From Octopus sinensis (lineage: Eukaryota): DNA of 64,000 nt. The DNA lies in the NCBI RefSeq assembly GCF_006345805.1, contig NC_043004.1, positions 66,650,001 through 66,714,000 on the forward strand, written 5' to 3'. A program made the translations under genes and the position numbers. The notes under the pieces are model-generated. The model was not told the origin of the DNA and ran no database searches. It saw only the letters and a program-made list of their open reading frames with translations. Shown one piece after another: positions 50,207 to 64,000 of this stretch. Each line of letters opens with the position of its first letter. The stretch's first letter is position 1.

Positions 50207-52029
50207 ATTTAAATGTTTGTATTGACATGCTTAAGGGTGGGAATAGGAAATTCTATCTCTCTACAAACAGAAACTCTCTTATTTTACTTTGAAATACTGA
50301 AGTGGTTTATAAATATTCCAATAGCAACAGATATGAAATGTTATTACCAAGTAGAATCTCAGTAACTTAAATGGAGTGTTTTTTTCTACTCCCCTGTATT
50401 CGGAAGACTGAAGTATTTATTAAATTTCCAGTGCAACATTAGTGTAACGAACTAGATATTATTTTTTAATATTTCCCCTAAAAATATGTTTTATTTATTA
50501 CAATAATTTTGTTAATAATATATATCTGTTAGTAACGTATTAAATTTCGTACATCTTTTGATAATAATCGCACGTTTAAAATGTTTTTTATTCAATAGCG
50601 AAAAATACCATTACATGGTTGCAAGCATTCCGGTTTGTTCCCTATTTTCAAGATAGTTATCTTCAGCAAATCGGGAGTGCCATGAAAATATGCATTAGCA
50701 AACACCTTCTCTTCGACGAAAAGGGAAATGATGAAGCAAGCAGTTTAACAAAGGACTGTTTGGTTTTTGTTGACTGTAACATATATTCGATTGTTTTGTG
50801 GTTCAGGTCACATTGAGCGCCGATTAAGTGCAACTATTATCAAAACTATTTCAACCGACAACGCTGTGGCATAATTAACTGGGACTTCATAATGTTGCCT
50901 TTTTTTATGCCGTACGTCGCTATGTTTTGGACAACTGGGTTGTGTGAGTTCAAGCAGGTAGTACAACTATATATTAAAAAAAATCTCTTATCCTCCTTTG
51001 ATCTTACTACCCTCTTAATTGGTTCTGAATATTCAGAATAGATACAATTAATAACATATTAAAAGTTTTAACCACTCGGACACAGCAGCACGCAAAATAA
51101 CTACTTTTCTTGAATAAGTTAAAGTAGAAAGCGCATGGTAAAATGTATTATCCACTCATAAATTATCTTATATCGAATAGAATATTACAAAATTAGAAAG
51201 TATAATGATGTTAGCTTTCGGCAGTGAATTATAATGGAAAACAAATATTTATGAGGGTTATTTTTTCTAATAATTATTATTGTCCCTTAATGACCAGCAG
51301 CTATTAAAGTAATTTGTTAAGTATACTAATGGCTTTATTTTATCTCTTCCAAAGAAGCGAAAAAGGAAAAATAGAAGCAAAAACAAATATTCATTATTAT
51401 GATTTTGACGTTAGCAAGTTATTTACTTCAGAAATATAGAAAATTTCCAAGTAATAAAATTAAATTCTACCGTAACTATAGGGCACGTAACTGCAAACCG
51501 AGCTGGAATATCATTTAATTTTCCATTTAACTGATTAAAGAGACGAGAGGAATTAATTTAATAATCAATACATTCTTATGGCAACATCATTAATGCCAAA
51601 CATACAAAACTAATGCTGGGCTTGTCGATAAGGTAGCAAGCTATCAGAGAAAACTTCATATCCGGTCACGGTCATTGATGTTTTTCTTCCCTGATATTTT
51701 GTGTCTCGCTGATTTCACATAACAAGCAGATTGACTGAAATTCACTGATAAAAAATGTCGATATGAAATGATTGATAAATAACTACCATTAATATACAGC
51801 TATTCAACATCTCATAAAACGTGATGTCTTTCTCACACGTCAGATAATAAGTTAATGCCATTCTAGCTGGTGAGATAGAACCCATCCCGTTCTATTAAAT
51901 TCGTGTCTGTAATACTGTTAATTTCAATCAAAATACAAAGCAATAAGATTGAGCAAGAGTCAAGATTTGACCTGAGATTCCTCATCCGAAACTTACGATT
52001 CCAAAATGTGAGGCTTTTGAAATGAATGT

Positions 52030-52290
52030 TGCTCTGATTTTCATCGATTCAGTCATTGGACTGCGGTCATCTAGCGGCACAACATTGGAGCAAATCGATC
52101 TGGATACTTCTTTCTTTTTCTAAGACTGATACTTATCTGTCGATCACTTATATTGAACCGCTACGTTAAGTGACTGTAAACAATTCAGAGCCAGCTGACA
52201 GTAGTGTTGGGAAAGCACAAACACAATGACATACGTGTGTACGTATGCGTGTCTGGGTGCGTGCGCGCGTGTGCATGTGGACTTTCACGG
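52030..52290 (-). mobile_element. SINE family B, old degenerate copy
   Basis: cagtcattggactgcggtcat...gagcaaatcgatc...gaaccgctacgtt. Confidence 0.6.
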
Positions 52291-52433
52291 GAGCATTCAA
52301 GAACATCTACTCAGAAGTATGTGGGAGTGAATCCGAAGCTTTATGGTTGAAAAGCATGCACCTTAACCATGCAGATATGACTATATGACTGCACCTATTG
52401 TATAGTAAATTTAATATATATATATATATATAT

Positions 52434-52738
52434 ATAGTAATAAAGCTGAAGTTCTCTGTGTATGGCAGGTTTGGTATCCTTCAACTAACACTATCTCCTC
52501 CGAGACCCTGATGCACAAATTAAGCAAAATTACGAGTATTATTGCAGAAGGATTCCTCTTCCTTCCGTAGAAAAAATATTCAAATCGGACCATGTTAACA
52601 CCAACAAGTATTTACATCCAAAGGTGCTTTTTTTCTATGGAAATCCCTATTTTTTTTACGATTTCTTGACTGCTGTGTCGCCATTTATCGGTGTATTTCA
52701 ACAAGAAAAATGTTCACTTAAAGAGAATAACAAGCTAC
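52434..52738 (+). mobile_element. 5' part of a non-autonomous Helitron-like repeat
   Basis: Starts tatagtaataaagctgaag directly after (TA)n. I recall this as an octopod Helitron-type repeat; no 3' hairpin or CTRR is present. Confidence 0.4.
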
Positions 52739-53224
52739 TGGATCTCTTCTGTCGATGTGTGTAGATTCGAAACGCAAAACACTTTTCCATTTTTCCAGAG
52801 CGTTAAACTCCTTGTACCATCTAAATTGTACTATTAAAAGAAAAACTGTATAATACCATATATATCGTGTGCGTGTGTGTGTTTGTATGTATATGTGCTT
52901 ACATTAAAATATAAGAATGCGTGTATATATGTGACAATGTATGTATATATGTGTTTAGATGAATATTAATCAATATACGAATTTATTTTTATACACACAA
53001 ACGTGCGCACGAAATATAGTCTTTATGACAAACCAATATGGCGTACGTATTCCACTGGGTACATATCGATAGAATACTTATAGTACATATGTCCATACGT
53101 CTGTGTTTTTAGCATAAATATAGATGTAAATGGATATATATATATAAATATATGTATATATATATACACGTATATATGTATATATATATATGTATATATG
53201 TATATATGTATATACATACATGCA

Positions 53225-53256
<32 letters not shown>

Positions 53257-54140
53257 CATGTATGAGAGTGTATATTAATATTTATGTGCAAATTTGCAAA
53301 ATGGGCACAGACAAAGATATAACAGCAAATGCATATACTAGTATATCATAATTCTTTCTAGATGCCATACACATTTTAACAGAAATTGCGATGGCTTGTT
53401 GCTTTAATATTCTGCCAAATTCCGATGTTCTGTGTTTGAGATTCCTCGCTTTTCTATTTTAGAACTCAATTAAATACTTGAACAAATTCTGCAGTAATTA
53501 TTTTTAGAAATCTAAAGCCCCAGATGTTACAACTGTAGACATCTCATCAATTTAATATCGGTGCTTCCGATGTCATTTAGCATTTTACAGAATGCTGATG
53601 CCGCATCTAGTGACTGATTTCGAGTACAGTCCATAGTTTCGTTTCACCATCTTCTACGTTGTTAGCTCCTGTTTTTTTCCCTACTGTACTTGATGAGTAC
53701 GTAAACGGATTGGATGCATGCTTCTCTGGGTTTGTCAAATTGATTTTGGGCCATTTTCGTGAGAACCCTATGACATGCAAATATAGATTAGATTTCTTCA
53801 TCGTAGTTGTTTGGAATATATGGAGAAAAAGGGAAATTAGCCCTATAAATCTTCTATATAAGTTAGATATCATGTGGACAGTGTCTAATGATTGTGCTAG
53901 GACACCGGAAATGTTAATAAATACTCTTTGAGTCGTTCTCAGCGCAAACAATTAATAGTAGCACATAAAAACACATTGAATGCATATATGTGTGTTTGTA
54001 TTTTGTGTGTGTGTATTAATGTATCTGTATTGGTTGTATATCTGCATATAAATGAATGCATGTGTTTGCGGAAGTGTATAATTATGTGAGTGTTTGTGAA
54101 TGTGTTTTGTTGATATATATATATATATATATATATATAT

Positions 54141-54430
54141 GGAGACAATGTCCCAGTGGTTAGGGGAGTGGTCTCGCGGTTGTAGGGCCACTTTTTCGAT
54201 TCCCAGACCGGGCGTTGTGAGTGTTTATTGAGCGAAAACACCTAAAGCTCTACGAGGCTCAGGCAGGGGCTGATGGCGATCCCTGCTGTACTCTTTCGCC
54301 ACAATTTCTGAATTGGCGTGCTAGCTTAGCCAGCGAGGTAGCGTCGTATGAAGGCTAAAACAATGCGAAGCGCATTCTGACCAGTGATGTGTAGCAACAT
54401 CTGTTAAACTTGTCGGTCACGGTGTTCACA
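54141..54430 (+). mobile_element. SINE family C, tail type 1
   Basis: Same head as 24071; tail gaaggctaaaacaatgcgaagcgcatt...gcaacatct. Confidence 0.85.
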
Positions 54431-54456
54431 GCGATATATATATACCAACACAAACG

Positions 54457-54512
<56 letters not shown>

Positions 54513-57500
54513 ACATACCTGTATATATAGAATTTCCTAAGTTATAAGTTATATTTGCTTTTTATCACCCTACTTTCATTACAACATTAAATACTCACGA
54601 TATTCTATCCACGTGACACACCTTATCATGATTCCAGTCGCTGGTGTATATGACATTGTAGATGCTTATGATCACATAACATTCATTTCTTGATTGCTCT
54701 GTCTTCTTTTGTTAATTCCCTTCAGATCACTGCATAAGCATACACACACCTTGAACATAAGCATACACACATATTGAGCATAAGCATGCACACATCTGCA
54801 TAATCACACATATCTGCTTGATTACATATATTTACATACGTGTGCGTGTGTAAGTATGTCTATATGCATTTACATATATCTTATTTCAAATACAATTGTT
54901 TTTGTCTGCTTGTCTATGTGTGTGTTTGTGTGCGTTTTTTATATGCATATATCAAAAACAAAGAGGGAAATATTAATGATAAATTGACAGGTTTCATTGT
55001 TAAATAAACGTTCATTGTATAAACATGAAGAGATAAATATTTTAAAGCCCTGTCTACATCAGCTTCCGTTGATAAGGAATAATCATTAGATATATACTTT
55101 TTGTTCGTTGATGTTGCCAATAATTGACTGACGTGAAGTTTTAGTGAATCCGGGCACAAACTAGATGAAATGGCATCGGTGTGTGTGCGCATAGCATTGC
55201 AAGGAGATTTTTGTTGCTTGAACTTGCATATAAATAACATGGATGTGTGCAAATATTTATTGATACATTTAAATTGTATAGGAGTTAGAAATGTTACAGT
55301 TTAGTAGCTTAGAAATTATTACAATGATGAATTGGGGTCAGGAGAGCATGTGAAGTATGGCTAAGGAATTTGGCAGACATTTTACAGCTTTGTGTATCAA
55401 TCTTTGTAACATCCATTCAGTCCAGCGTTCTGTATATTTATAAAATATTAATGGAATCGACAGAGAGAAAAAGGGAGACGATTGTGATTAATGAAGCCGT
55501 CTGACATAATTGATTGCCCTCCTTACTATTGTTACTTTTTTCCCTCCAGAAGGTTTTCCAATAATAATCTCTTCATGATATATCAACGAACTCATACAAA
55601 TTATGCATTTATTTATACACACGCACACAATACCTCGCACTCATTCAGTCACGCACACATATAACTGTGTAGAACGAGAACAATGTACAACGTTGATGCG
55701 TAGCATAATGTATTTGTACATTCGGCAGAGTAATATACACACATACTTACATACATACTGACATGCATGTATATATATCTATATATGTGTGTATATGCTT
55801 ATCTGTATATATCTGTTTGTTTGTGTGAGTGTATGTATATATGTATATGCATATATCTACGTGTGTGGAAATAAATATGTGTTTCTGAGAATTGCCAAAC
55901 ATCTGTGTGTGTCTCATTTCAATATATCATAGAAATTTGTAGGGTCTAAGACTAAAATCAAATAATTTCGACTGGCCAAATATAGGAAATAAAGATATAT
56001 GCTGTCTGATGTAAATAAGTAATATATTTAGCAAGACAACACACCAGTTGTGTGAAATGTCTAAAATATTTCATAGTGTGAATGCATTATTCTTATAGTA
56101 TCGACTTGTCTGTTGCTTCGGTCAGGATGTGTCAGATGTTTTACACTGAAATAGCAGCTTATCTCTCTTTGAAGAATGTCTTTCTTTTTCATGGCTTTCA
56201 GATTCATGAAAGAAATATGAAGTTAAGAATAATACGAATTAATAAAAGTGTAGAGTTCAGTTCACAGGACTGATTAAAAGATGTTTCCAACGATGAAAGA
56301 TTTTGCTAGCAACAAGAGATAACGTTTTAGTAGACACAAACATTGTTCGTTAGATGGCCATTCTGGGGTTGACTAAACAAAATATTATCAGAATATAATT
56401 TAATTTTCTCACAGTAATGAGTTCTAAACATAGGTACTATATCACACATTGCTCAGGAGGCTTATATATTATATCTAACAAACTAGTTGACTTTTTCTTT
56501 TCTTTTTTATCGACCGCAGAATAATGAAAAGAATGAATCGAGTCCGTGAGTTCTAAACACAGAAAGTAAATAAACACAAATATCTGTCATACATCATTTT
56601 AACCGACTGTTCCGGCGGTCGCTATTTCTCATAAGAAAACATATCTGAGGTGTATGCTGATTGAAAGGGAAACGAAACGAATTAAAACGTTAATTGAATT
56701 AAATTGAATTTAAATTGTTTGAAATTGCCAAACATTATACAGAAGAAAATGCATTATATGGATGCAAATTATATTTTTCCTTTTGATTAATGAAAAACAT
56801 CAGAGTCAAATATATTCACTATATTGGAGGAAGAGTTGCTTTTATTAAATTATATTTGTCGCTGAGGGTCACGCTCCAGTCTCTGGCTACAAGCATATTG
56901 TCTCTTCTCCCCACAGTTTCTAGTACTACTGTATTGTTATTGTTCCTCAGAGCTGGATGACTTCATGACGCCTTCCCTCAGGTATTCTCCTCCCGTTTAC
57001 TTTGTCTCCTTTCAATACTTTTGTTTAATCAAAACAGCTGACACACTCTAATCAGTACGCCCAATGTTCACATTAGAAAATGAATGATCTCTCGATATAC
57101 ATCATATTTAAATATTCTTTTAGGTATTGCACACCCGTTTTAGAGGCTCTTTAATGACAAAAAAAAAAAGAAAAACAAGAACCATAGGCACTGTGCCTCT
57201 CTCTGATTCAACAGGTAGAAAAAGAGAATCAACTTTTCTGTTTATATACACATTTTTGCACCCAACAACATGATATAAACTAGAAAATACAATTCCCCTA
57301 CTTTCTGTTTAATTGTGTATTTGAATTGTGTTTATGTCACTCAGACTATGAATCTTAGTACTGTAGCATTGTAGATGAATTGAAATGAGGAAAATTGATA
57401 CGAATGTATTCCACGAGATCAGATAAAATATTTTGCTATGAGAAAGGAAAGTTTCATAACACTTCAGGCATTACCCATTGTCATTGAAAACCGGTGAATT

Positions 57501-59024
57501 GTTTCCTGGCAGTATAACGATTCACTCTGTGAACAATGTATATTTTATATATTTCGATGCAGACCATCACAAGGGGTCTTCAAATCTTCCGTTTGCCTTT
57601 GACTACTTCCCACCATAAACAGCCATTGGTTTATCAAGACCACTGTATGCGTTTGATTGATGTGCTACTTAATTTTATGCAACTTGAGAGATGAGAAGAA
57701 TCGTTAGTTTAGAAATGATAAATAAATAATTATATAAATAAATAAATGAATTATAAAAAAATTCCTTATGACTGACGATACGCACGCAAAGCATTGGGCT
57801 AATTTTATAGTGCAGTGTCATGGTAAATAAACATTCTAGAGACATAAGACAATTAAAAATGGATGCATCAATTTAGATTTTTGCAGGGACATGGTGTTTT
57901 TTTAATAAAAATTAATGGAGGTTGTTATAATAACGCTTGAATGTCACATGCACAAAGCTATGCATACACTTGCACGCATATATATATGGAACCATTCTGC
58001 GTGTGCGTATACGATTTAAATTTACATGTGGGGAAAGTGTTTGTAAATAAGTCAAACATCGTTTTTAGGTGTGAAAGTACTAGGTACACGGACAGAGATA
58101 ACTACAAAATGTAGTGCTTTTAGGAATATGCATACACATACATACAGATATACATATACATACAGACATGCATATACATACATATATACATATATACATA
58201 AATATGTAGGTACATACATACATGGATACATACATATTTTAGCTGTTATCAATGAGAAATACCGCAGCGGAGTAACTCCGATCACATTTTAAGGCCATGG
58301 ATTCAGTTAAAACACACGCAACATCTGCCACTATGCCGCGCCATGGGACCGCCAGGTCGGGGCAATTAAGCAGTATCAGTGTCAAGCAGTTTAGGTTAGT
58401 TACAATATATTTGTGTCATATTTCAACTTCTAAAGGCTAATTCAATGCAATTACCGTGGAAAAAGATTCCCTTATAGTATTCATATTCACCTAGTACTGT
58501 CCCCCTATTGGATTCCCAGACGCGTTTCTAACCCTGTAGCCATTATCAATGTGAAATATCAAATTGATGTAAACAGATTTTAAAACCTTACCCAACAACA
58601 ATGAGTGAGTTGCGCGATAGGGCTCCCAGATAGGAAGAAGTTCAGCAATATTAGCACCAAACATTGTTTAATCATGAGCAAAAGCTAGGTGCATTAAAAT
58701 GTGTGCCACATATTTGGTGAGTTAAGATATGTCTGTTACATATTTCAACTGCTAATGGTTTTAGTTAAAACTATGACTTTAAAATCTGCTCAGAGTTACT
58801 CCTCTTCGGTATTTCCCATTGATAACGGCTATTGACCTAGAAATACATCTGGGAATCTGAAAGGGTGCAGCACTAGACAGATATAGCGTTCGTACAACTT
58901 TTACCACAGTAGAATTATTTTTTCTTCACAGCAACTGCATTGAATGTGCCATTAAATGTTGAAATACTTCACAAACATACTTTAACTCACCTAAAGTTTG
59001 CTCATACATTCATATATATATGTA

Positions 59025-59087
<63 letters not shown>

Positions 59088-60904
59088 TATATATAATATA
59101 TGTATGTATGTATGTATATAGGTATATATATATGTATATATATATATATGTATATGTATGCATATTGTAAAACATTATTATAAAAACTTGTGTGAGCATT
59201 TGGTGGTGTCATTCTACTCTGAGAAGAGAGCCAATTTGATTATCACTCTATATTTATATTATTTATATATATTCATTGTATGCTAATATGTCGACATATA
59301 TATGCATGCCTGTATGTGTTTGTTACGTGTCTATTTGCCTGAGCACACACCCAGACGCACGTACACACACACATGTGAAGGAGAGAAGGAGAGAAAGAGC
59401 TATCAATATATATGTAAATGTGGCATTACACTTAGGATTAAATGAAAATGAAGTAAAGTGAATGGAGGAGGCAGTCATATATTTCAAAATTTGTAGTCAT
59501 TAATTTGTAGCCATTAGCTGTGCAGTCCAGAGGTTTATTCTTTCGCCAATCGAAATCGATTCACTTAACGTACAAGTTATATGTCGCGTCCTCCGAGACT
59601 ATTCATATGATAAATGCCTTGTTTTAATGCTACCAACTGTGTTTTATATTCATGCAAAGTGCCTGCTATTACTTCAATACGTTCTTTGATAAAATAGCTA
59701 ATGGGTGATTTTAAAATCCTGTTTAGTTGTAATTTATCTGGAAGTTTCCCATAATTTCGCGAACACTATAAATATTTTAGTACGCAAATGAAATTGATTT
59801 GATGTAAAATAATCCATTCGATTTACTTGTATTTCTGTCTTATAGTGGAGAGATATTTTCATACATAGAGTAATCGATTATAAAATGAAAGTTTCTGATA
59901 GTAGTACTTAGATGTTTTTAGTCGGTGTGTAGCACCCTAAGTAACTACTAACTTAAGCCGATGTTATTTATATTCTTTCTTCGTAAATTTTGATTAGTCG
60001 TACATATTAAAGATTATAAGTTCTAAAGATGGTATTTGTGGTGGCTTAGTTTAGAAAATGTTCCATTGTTTATCTTGTATAAAGTGATAAAATTTTATAG
60101 CGCATTCCCATGACATGCTTCTACTTCAATATTCATACAATCAAACAAAATTTTATGTGAACAAACGCTACACTTTACAAGGATCACTGAAATCGTCCTC
60201 CCCTCGTCGATGTTAAAACTAAATCATGTATTTTATATATTACATTGCAAATTTAAGTCAAACAGTGGCTTAGTGATATAAAATCGTGTTATACATGTTA
60301 TAATCAATGCTTTCACTACTTACTGAAGCTGGTTATTGCCGCTTTAGGCTTTTATTTTTCAGTGAATTTTGTTCACAAATTACGACGTTAACAAATTTTA
60401 TTTTCAAATAACCGCAGAAGATTGTTTTCACGTACTCCAAGGCCAAATTGCGGTCACAGTTTTTTAATGGCTTATTCATCAGTATATTAGAGGTGAATAT
60501 GTAAGGTGATAGAATTATAATGAAATTAGTTCACCAAACCGTATTAACAAGTCGTCTTTGGTCCGCACTGACTTTAAACACACTCAGGCTCTAAGCAAAC
60601 ACTTTTCTATAATATGAATGTCAGTGAAATAAGGAGCATCTGCCTCATCACAGGATTTACAAAACAGAGCTATGAATTTACTCTTCATATTCCAGACTAA
60701 CGTCTTAAACTGCTATCGACAACTATTTCAGATAAAGAAATATTCAATAAGGATTTCTCAATAACAACCTGAATGAAAAGTATAGAGACAATTAATCCTG
60801 TGTTCCTTTCGTCAGGGCTGACTGGGCTTAACATCAAATGCAAGAAATAAATTAGGCACCATTTCCACACTCCAAAGCGATGAAAAATCACAATCATAAC
60901 AACT

Positions 60905-61690
60905 CTGGGAGAAGGGGATGATTTGATTACATTGATCCCCAGCGTTCAAAAGATACATATTCTATCGAGCGCGATAACACGAAAGATAAATTTGACCTCC
61001 GCGGAATTTGAAATCAGAGCTTGAAGACAGACGAAATACCTATTTCTTTACAACCAACAAGGGGCTAAACACAGAGAGGACAAACAAGGACAGACAAACG
61101 GATTAAGTCGATTATATCGACCCCAGTGCGTAACTGATACTTATTTAATCAACCCTGAAAGGATGAAAGGCAAAGTCGACCTCGGCGGAATTTGAACTCA
61201 GGTCATAAAGACAGATGAAATACCGCTAAACAATTTGCTCAGAGTGTTTAGGATTCTACCTGCTCGCTGCCTTACGTAACATATTATTTTCACATTTTGC
61301 TACATGGCCAGCAACATCTTGGGAGAAGGTGAGTTGATCGCAACGACTCCAGTGCTCAACTGGTACTAATTTTATCGAACAGGAAACAATGAAAAGTAAA
61401 GCCGACCTCGGCGGAATTTGAGGTCAGAAGATAAGAACGGACGAAATGCAATTAAGCATTTTGCTCGTCGTGTTTACCATAATGCCATCTCGCCGCCTTA
61501 CGTAAGCGCTTAAAAAGCACATTCGTAATTAAGAGGGCGAGTAAGTAATACACCGGGAAAATACATAGCGGCATTCCTTCCGTCTTTAGGTTCTCAGTTC
61601 AATTTCGCCGAGGCCATCTTTGCGTTTTATCATTTTGAGGTCCATGACGTAGTAGCTAAATACTCAGGTTGATTTAATCAACTTATCTCC
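60905..61690. mobile_element. Cluster of SINE family A copies (dimer 60905-61270 -, 61320-61500 -, 61560-61690 +)
   Basis: Repeated gtcgacctcggcggaatttgaa bodies; junction acgaaatacc|tatttc at ~61040. Confidence 0.8.
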
Positions 61691-62493
61691 TTCTCCTAAA
61701 TTTCGGCCATTATGGTAACATTTTAAACCAATATTAATTATAGAAATAAGGTGAATTCCATAATAATTTGGAGAGTTTCGATAATGAAACATTCTATATT
61801 TAATTAGTTTGTCCTTAAATCGCAAATATTGTGATTGAAATGGTAGCTATTATCAGTAGTTTTACGTAGATATATCTATCATGAGAGGTTTTTTGTTCTG
61901 ATTTTATACTTATAACATTTAGAAGTGCTTCACCATCTAATCATGTCTCCAGAAATGGATCTTGTCAACAAGTTAACTCTAAAAACAGCTGCGTTTAGCG
62001 GTCCATTCCTAATAATTGTCAGTTTAGCTAAATATAGTCTACCATAGTCAGAAATCGGTTAAAACTTGGAGAAATAATTAATATTTATTCTATTGCCTAG
62101 TTTTTCTTCACTTTAATGTAACACATGCTTGCAAAAATCTATATATAATTCATACATGAATTATTTGGGAAATTATGACAAATTTTTCGAAAAACCCCAC
62201 ACAGTGATCGCTGAAAAAAAACCATATCTATCCTTTTCTATTCAATTGCAGTTATGAACATCTTGGTCTTTTGAAAATAATGCATCAAATGCGAATCTGC
62301 ATGAAATATCAATGAATGATTTTAAAAAAAATTGTTTTCAAAACAGTCAATATTTTTATAGTTCCAAATTTGCGATTGATGACATAACATGTCCTTTAGA
62401 ATTAGCCAGAGCTAATATTGGATAAACTTTAAACTACTAAATATTGTTAAAATTACCTCTGCAAAAACAATGTACATAAGCAATTCATTTTAA

Positions 62494-62914
62494 TTCCTTT
62501 ATTGCCCACAAGGGGCTAAACATAGAGAGGACAAACAATGATAGACAAAGTGATTAAGTCAATTACATCGACCCCAGTGCGTAACTGGTACTTATTTTAT
62601 CGACCCCGAAAGGATGAAAGACAAATTCGACCTCACCGGAATTTGAACTCAGAACGTAGCGGCAGATGAGATATCTATTCTTTACTACCCACAAGGGGCT
62701 AAAGGAGCTAAACATAGAGAGGACAACCAAGGACAGACAAACGGATTAAGTCGATTATATCGACTCCAGTGAGTAACTGGTACTTATTTAATCGACCTCG
62801 AAAGGTTGAAAGGCAAAGTCGACCTCAGCCGAATTTGAACTCAGAACGTAACGGCAGAAAAAATAGCGCTAAGCATTTCGCCCGGCGTGCTAACGTTTCA
62901 GCCAGCTCGCCGCC
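62494..62914 (-). mobile_element. SINE family A head-to-tail dimer with a single tRNA head
   Basis: Head at 62914-62860, first tail ends ~62675, second unit restarts at the internal gtatttcgtc-type site. Confidence 0.85.
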
Positions 62915-64000
62915 TTAAAGCGACTCATTTTAAATAAAACGAAACACCGCCAATGAGATTGCTTTTAGTAGATCCCCAAATGACGCTCATGGCAAGCAGT
63001 GGGTTAATTAATAGCGACAGAAGAACTATTAATGACAAATTGTAATAATTATCTCTACTTAATCATAATGCCGTAACCAGTTGTATCAAGCGCTAATCTT
63101 GAAGAAAATAGAAGCTCAAGGAAGGGAGCATGACATGCATTTCTGCTACTTGTGTTCTGTGCGTAATGATTCCTGCAACGACGCGGGTTTCGAACTCCAG
63201 AAAAATTGTCTTCACTTTGCTCAGCACCGCACGTGTGGTGAAAAGGGAAATAGACAAGAAAGTATGGGAAAATCTTGCGTGAACATGGCTACAAATAACA
63301 AATCCTTCTAGGTTTGCTGGGGCCTTAACTGCTGGAGCAGCGAATTCAGATACTAGAGTCGAAAAATAATTTGATAGACTGCATGCCTTTGACGCATCTT
63401 GACTACATTTCAATATTTGAAATTATTAATGAAGTATAAGATAAAAAAAAATTACAATTGTTTATAATATTATGACGCACGATCTCCAGCATATGTAGCA
63501 GCATTTACGTCATGATATTCCGTAAAAAAACTGCAGATGTTGACATAGGTAATAATTCTTGTATCGTAATATTAAATAGTTTTCGAAACGCATAAATTTG
63601 AATATATACATATACATACTTACATACTAACATGCACATACATACGCATATACATATATGTATGTAATATGTATGTATACATAGAATTACATATTACCTC
63701 ATATAAATGCATGTGTATTTGAGCATATGTTGTTTTTCATTTTTGTACATATTTCTAGTGAAAGTGTATTTTATGTGAGCACACACAGACACACACACCA
63801 CACATACGCGCACACAAATACACAAACACATACACACAGAAACACACATACACACAGAACACGCACAAATACATACACATATAATAAATATAAATATTCA
63901 CATACACAATCATAGATCTAGATGTGCTTTCACGAAGCAAGTTCTTGTAAGAGTACAATTATTTTTTTCCTTTTTAATGTACTAAATGCCATTTGTCAGT

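Noticed and set aside
50646-50670. Minus-strand CUGAAGA...GAAA
   Set aside because: The only hairpin consumes core nucleotides; no stem III or NUH.
49-63958. Most ORF-track entries (IYIY, THTH, VCVC, poly-S/L/I/N peptides)
   Set aside because: They are translations of (TA)n, (CA)n, (TAG)n and (TAA)n microsatellites, not proteins.

Overview
Strongly AT-rich eukaryotic DNA packed with (TA)n, (CA)n, (TAA)n and (TAG)n microsatellites and decayed transposons. The repeat families resemble those of octopod cephalopods; this is my inference and was not database-checked. I can identify no intact host gene. Most ORF-track entries are microsatellite artefacts, and a few isolated exon-like segments are low-confidence. 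Recognisable elements: a 5'-truncated RTE LINE with a C4HC3 PHD finger inside its RT-encoding ORF, a second RTE fragment, mariner/maT/pogo/hAT remnants and MITEs, four tRNA-type SINE families, and a truncated Penelope-like element (GIY-YIG C-terminus). The main unexplained signal is nine hammerhead-ribozyme-like motifs in about seven unrelated short non-coding repeats. Almost all end at a (TA)n tract, and two have fold-back inversions starting within a few nt of the predicted cleavage site. One can be rebuilt as a ~362-nt circularly permuted unit and another as a ~475-nt tandem unit. Three carry non-canonical cores (CCGAUGA, UCGAUGA). All folds were read by eye; none were computed or tested.
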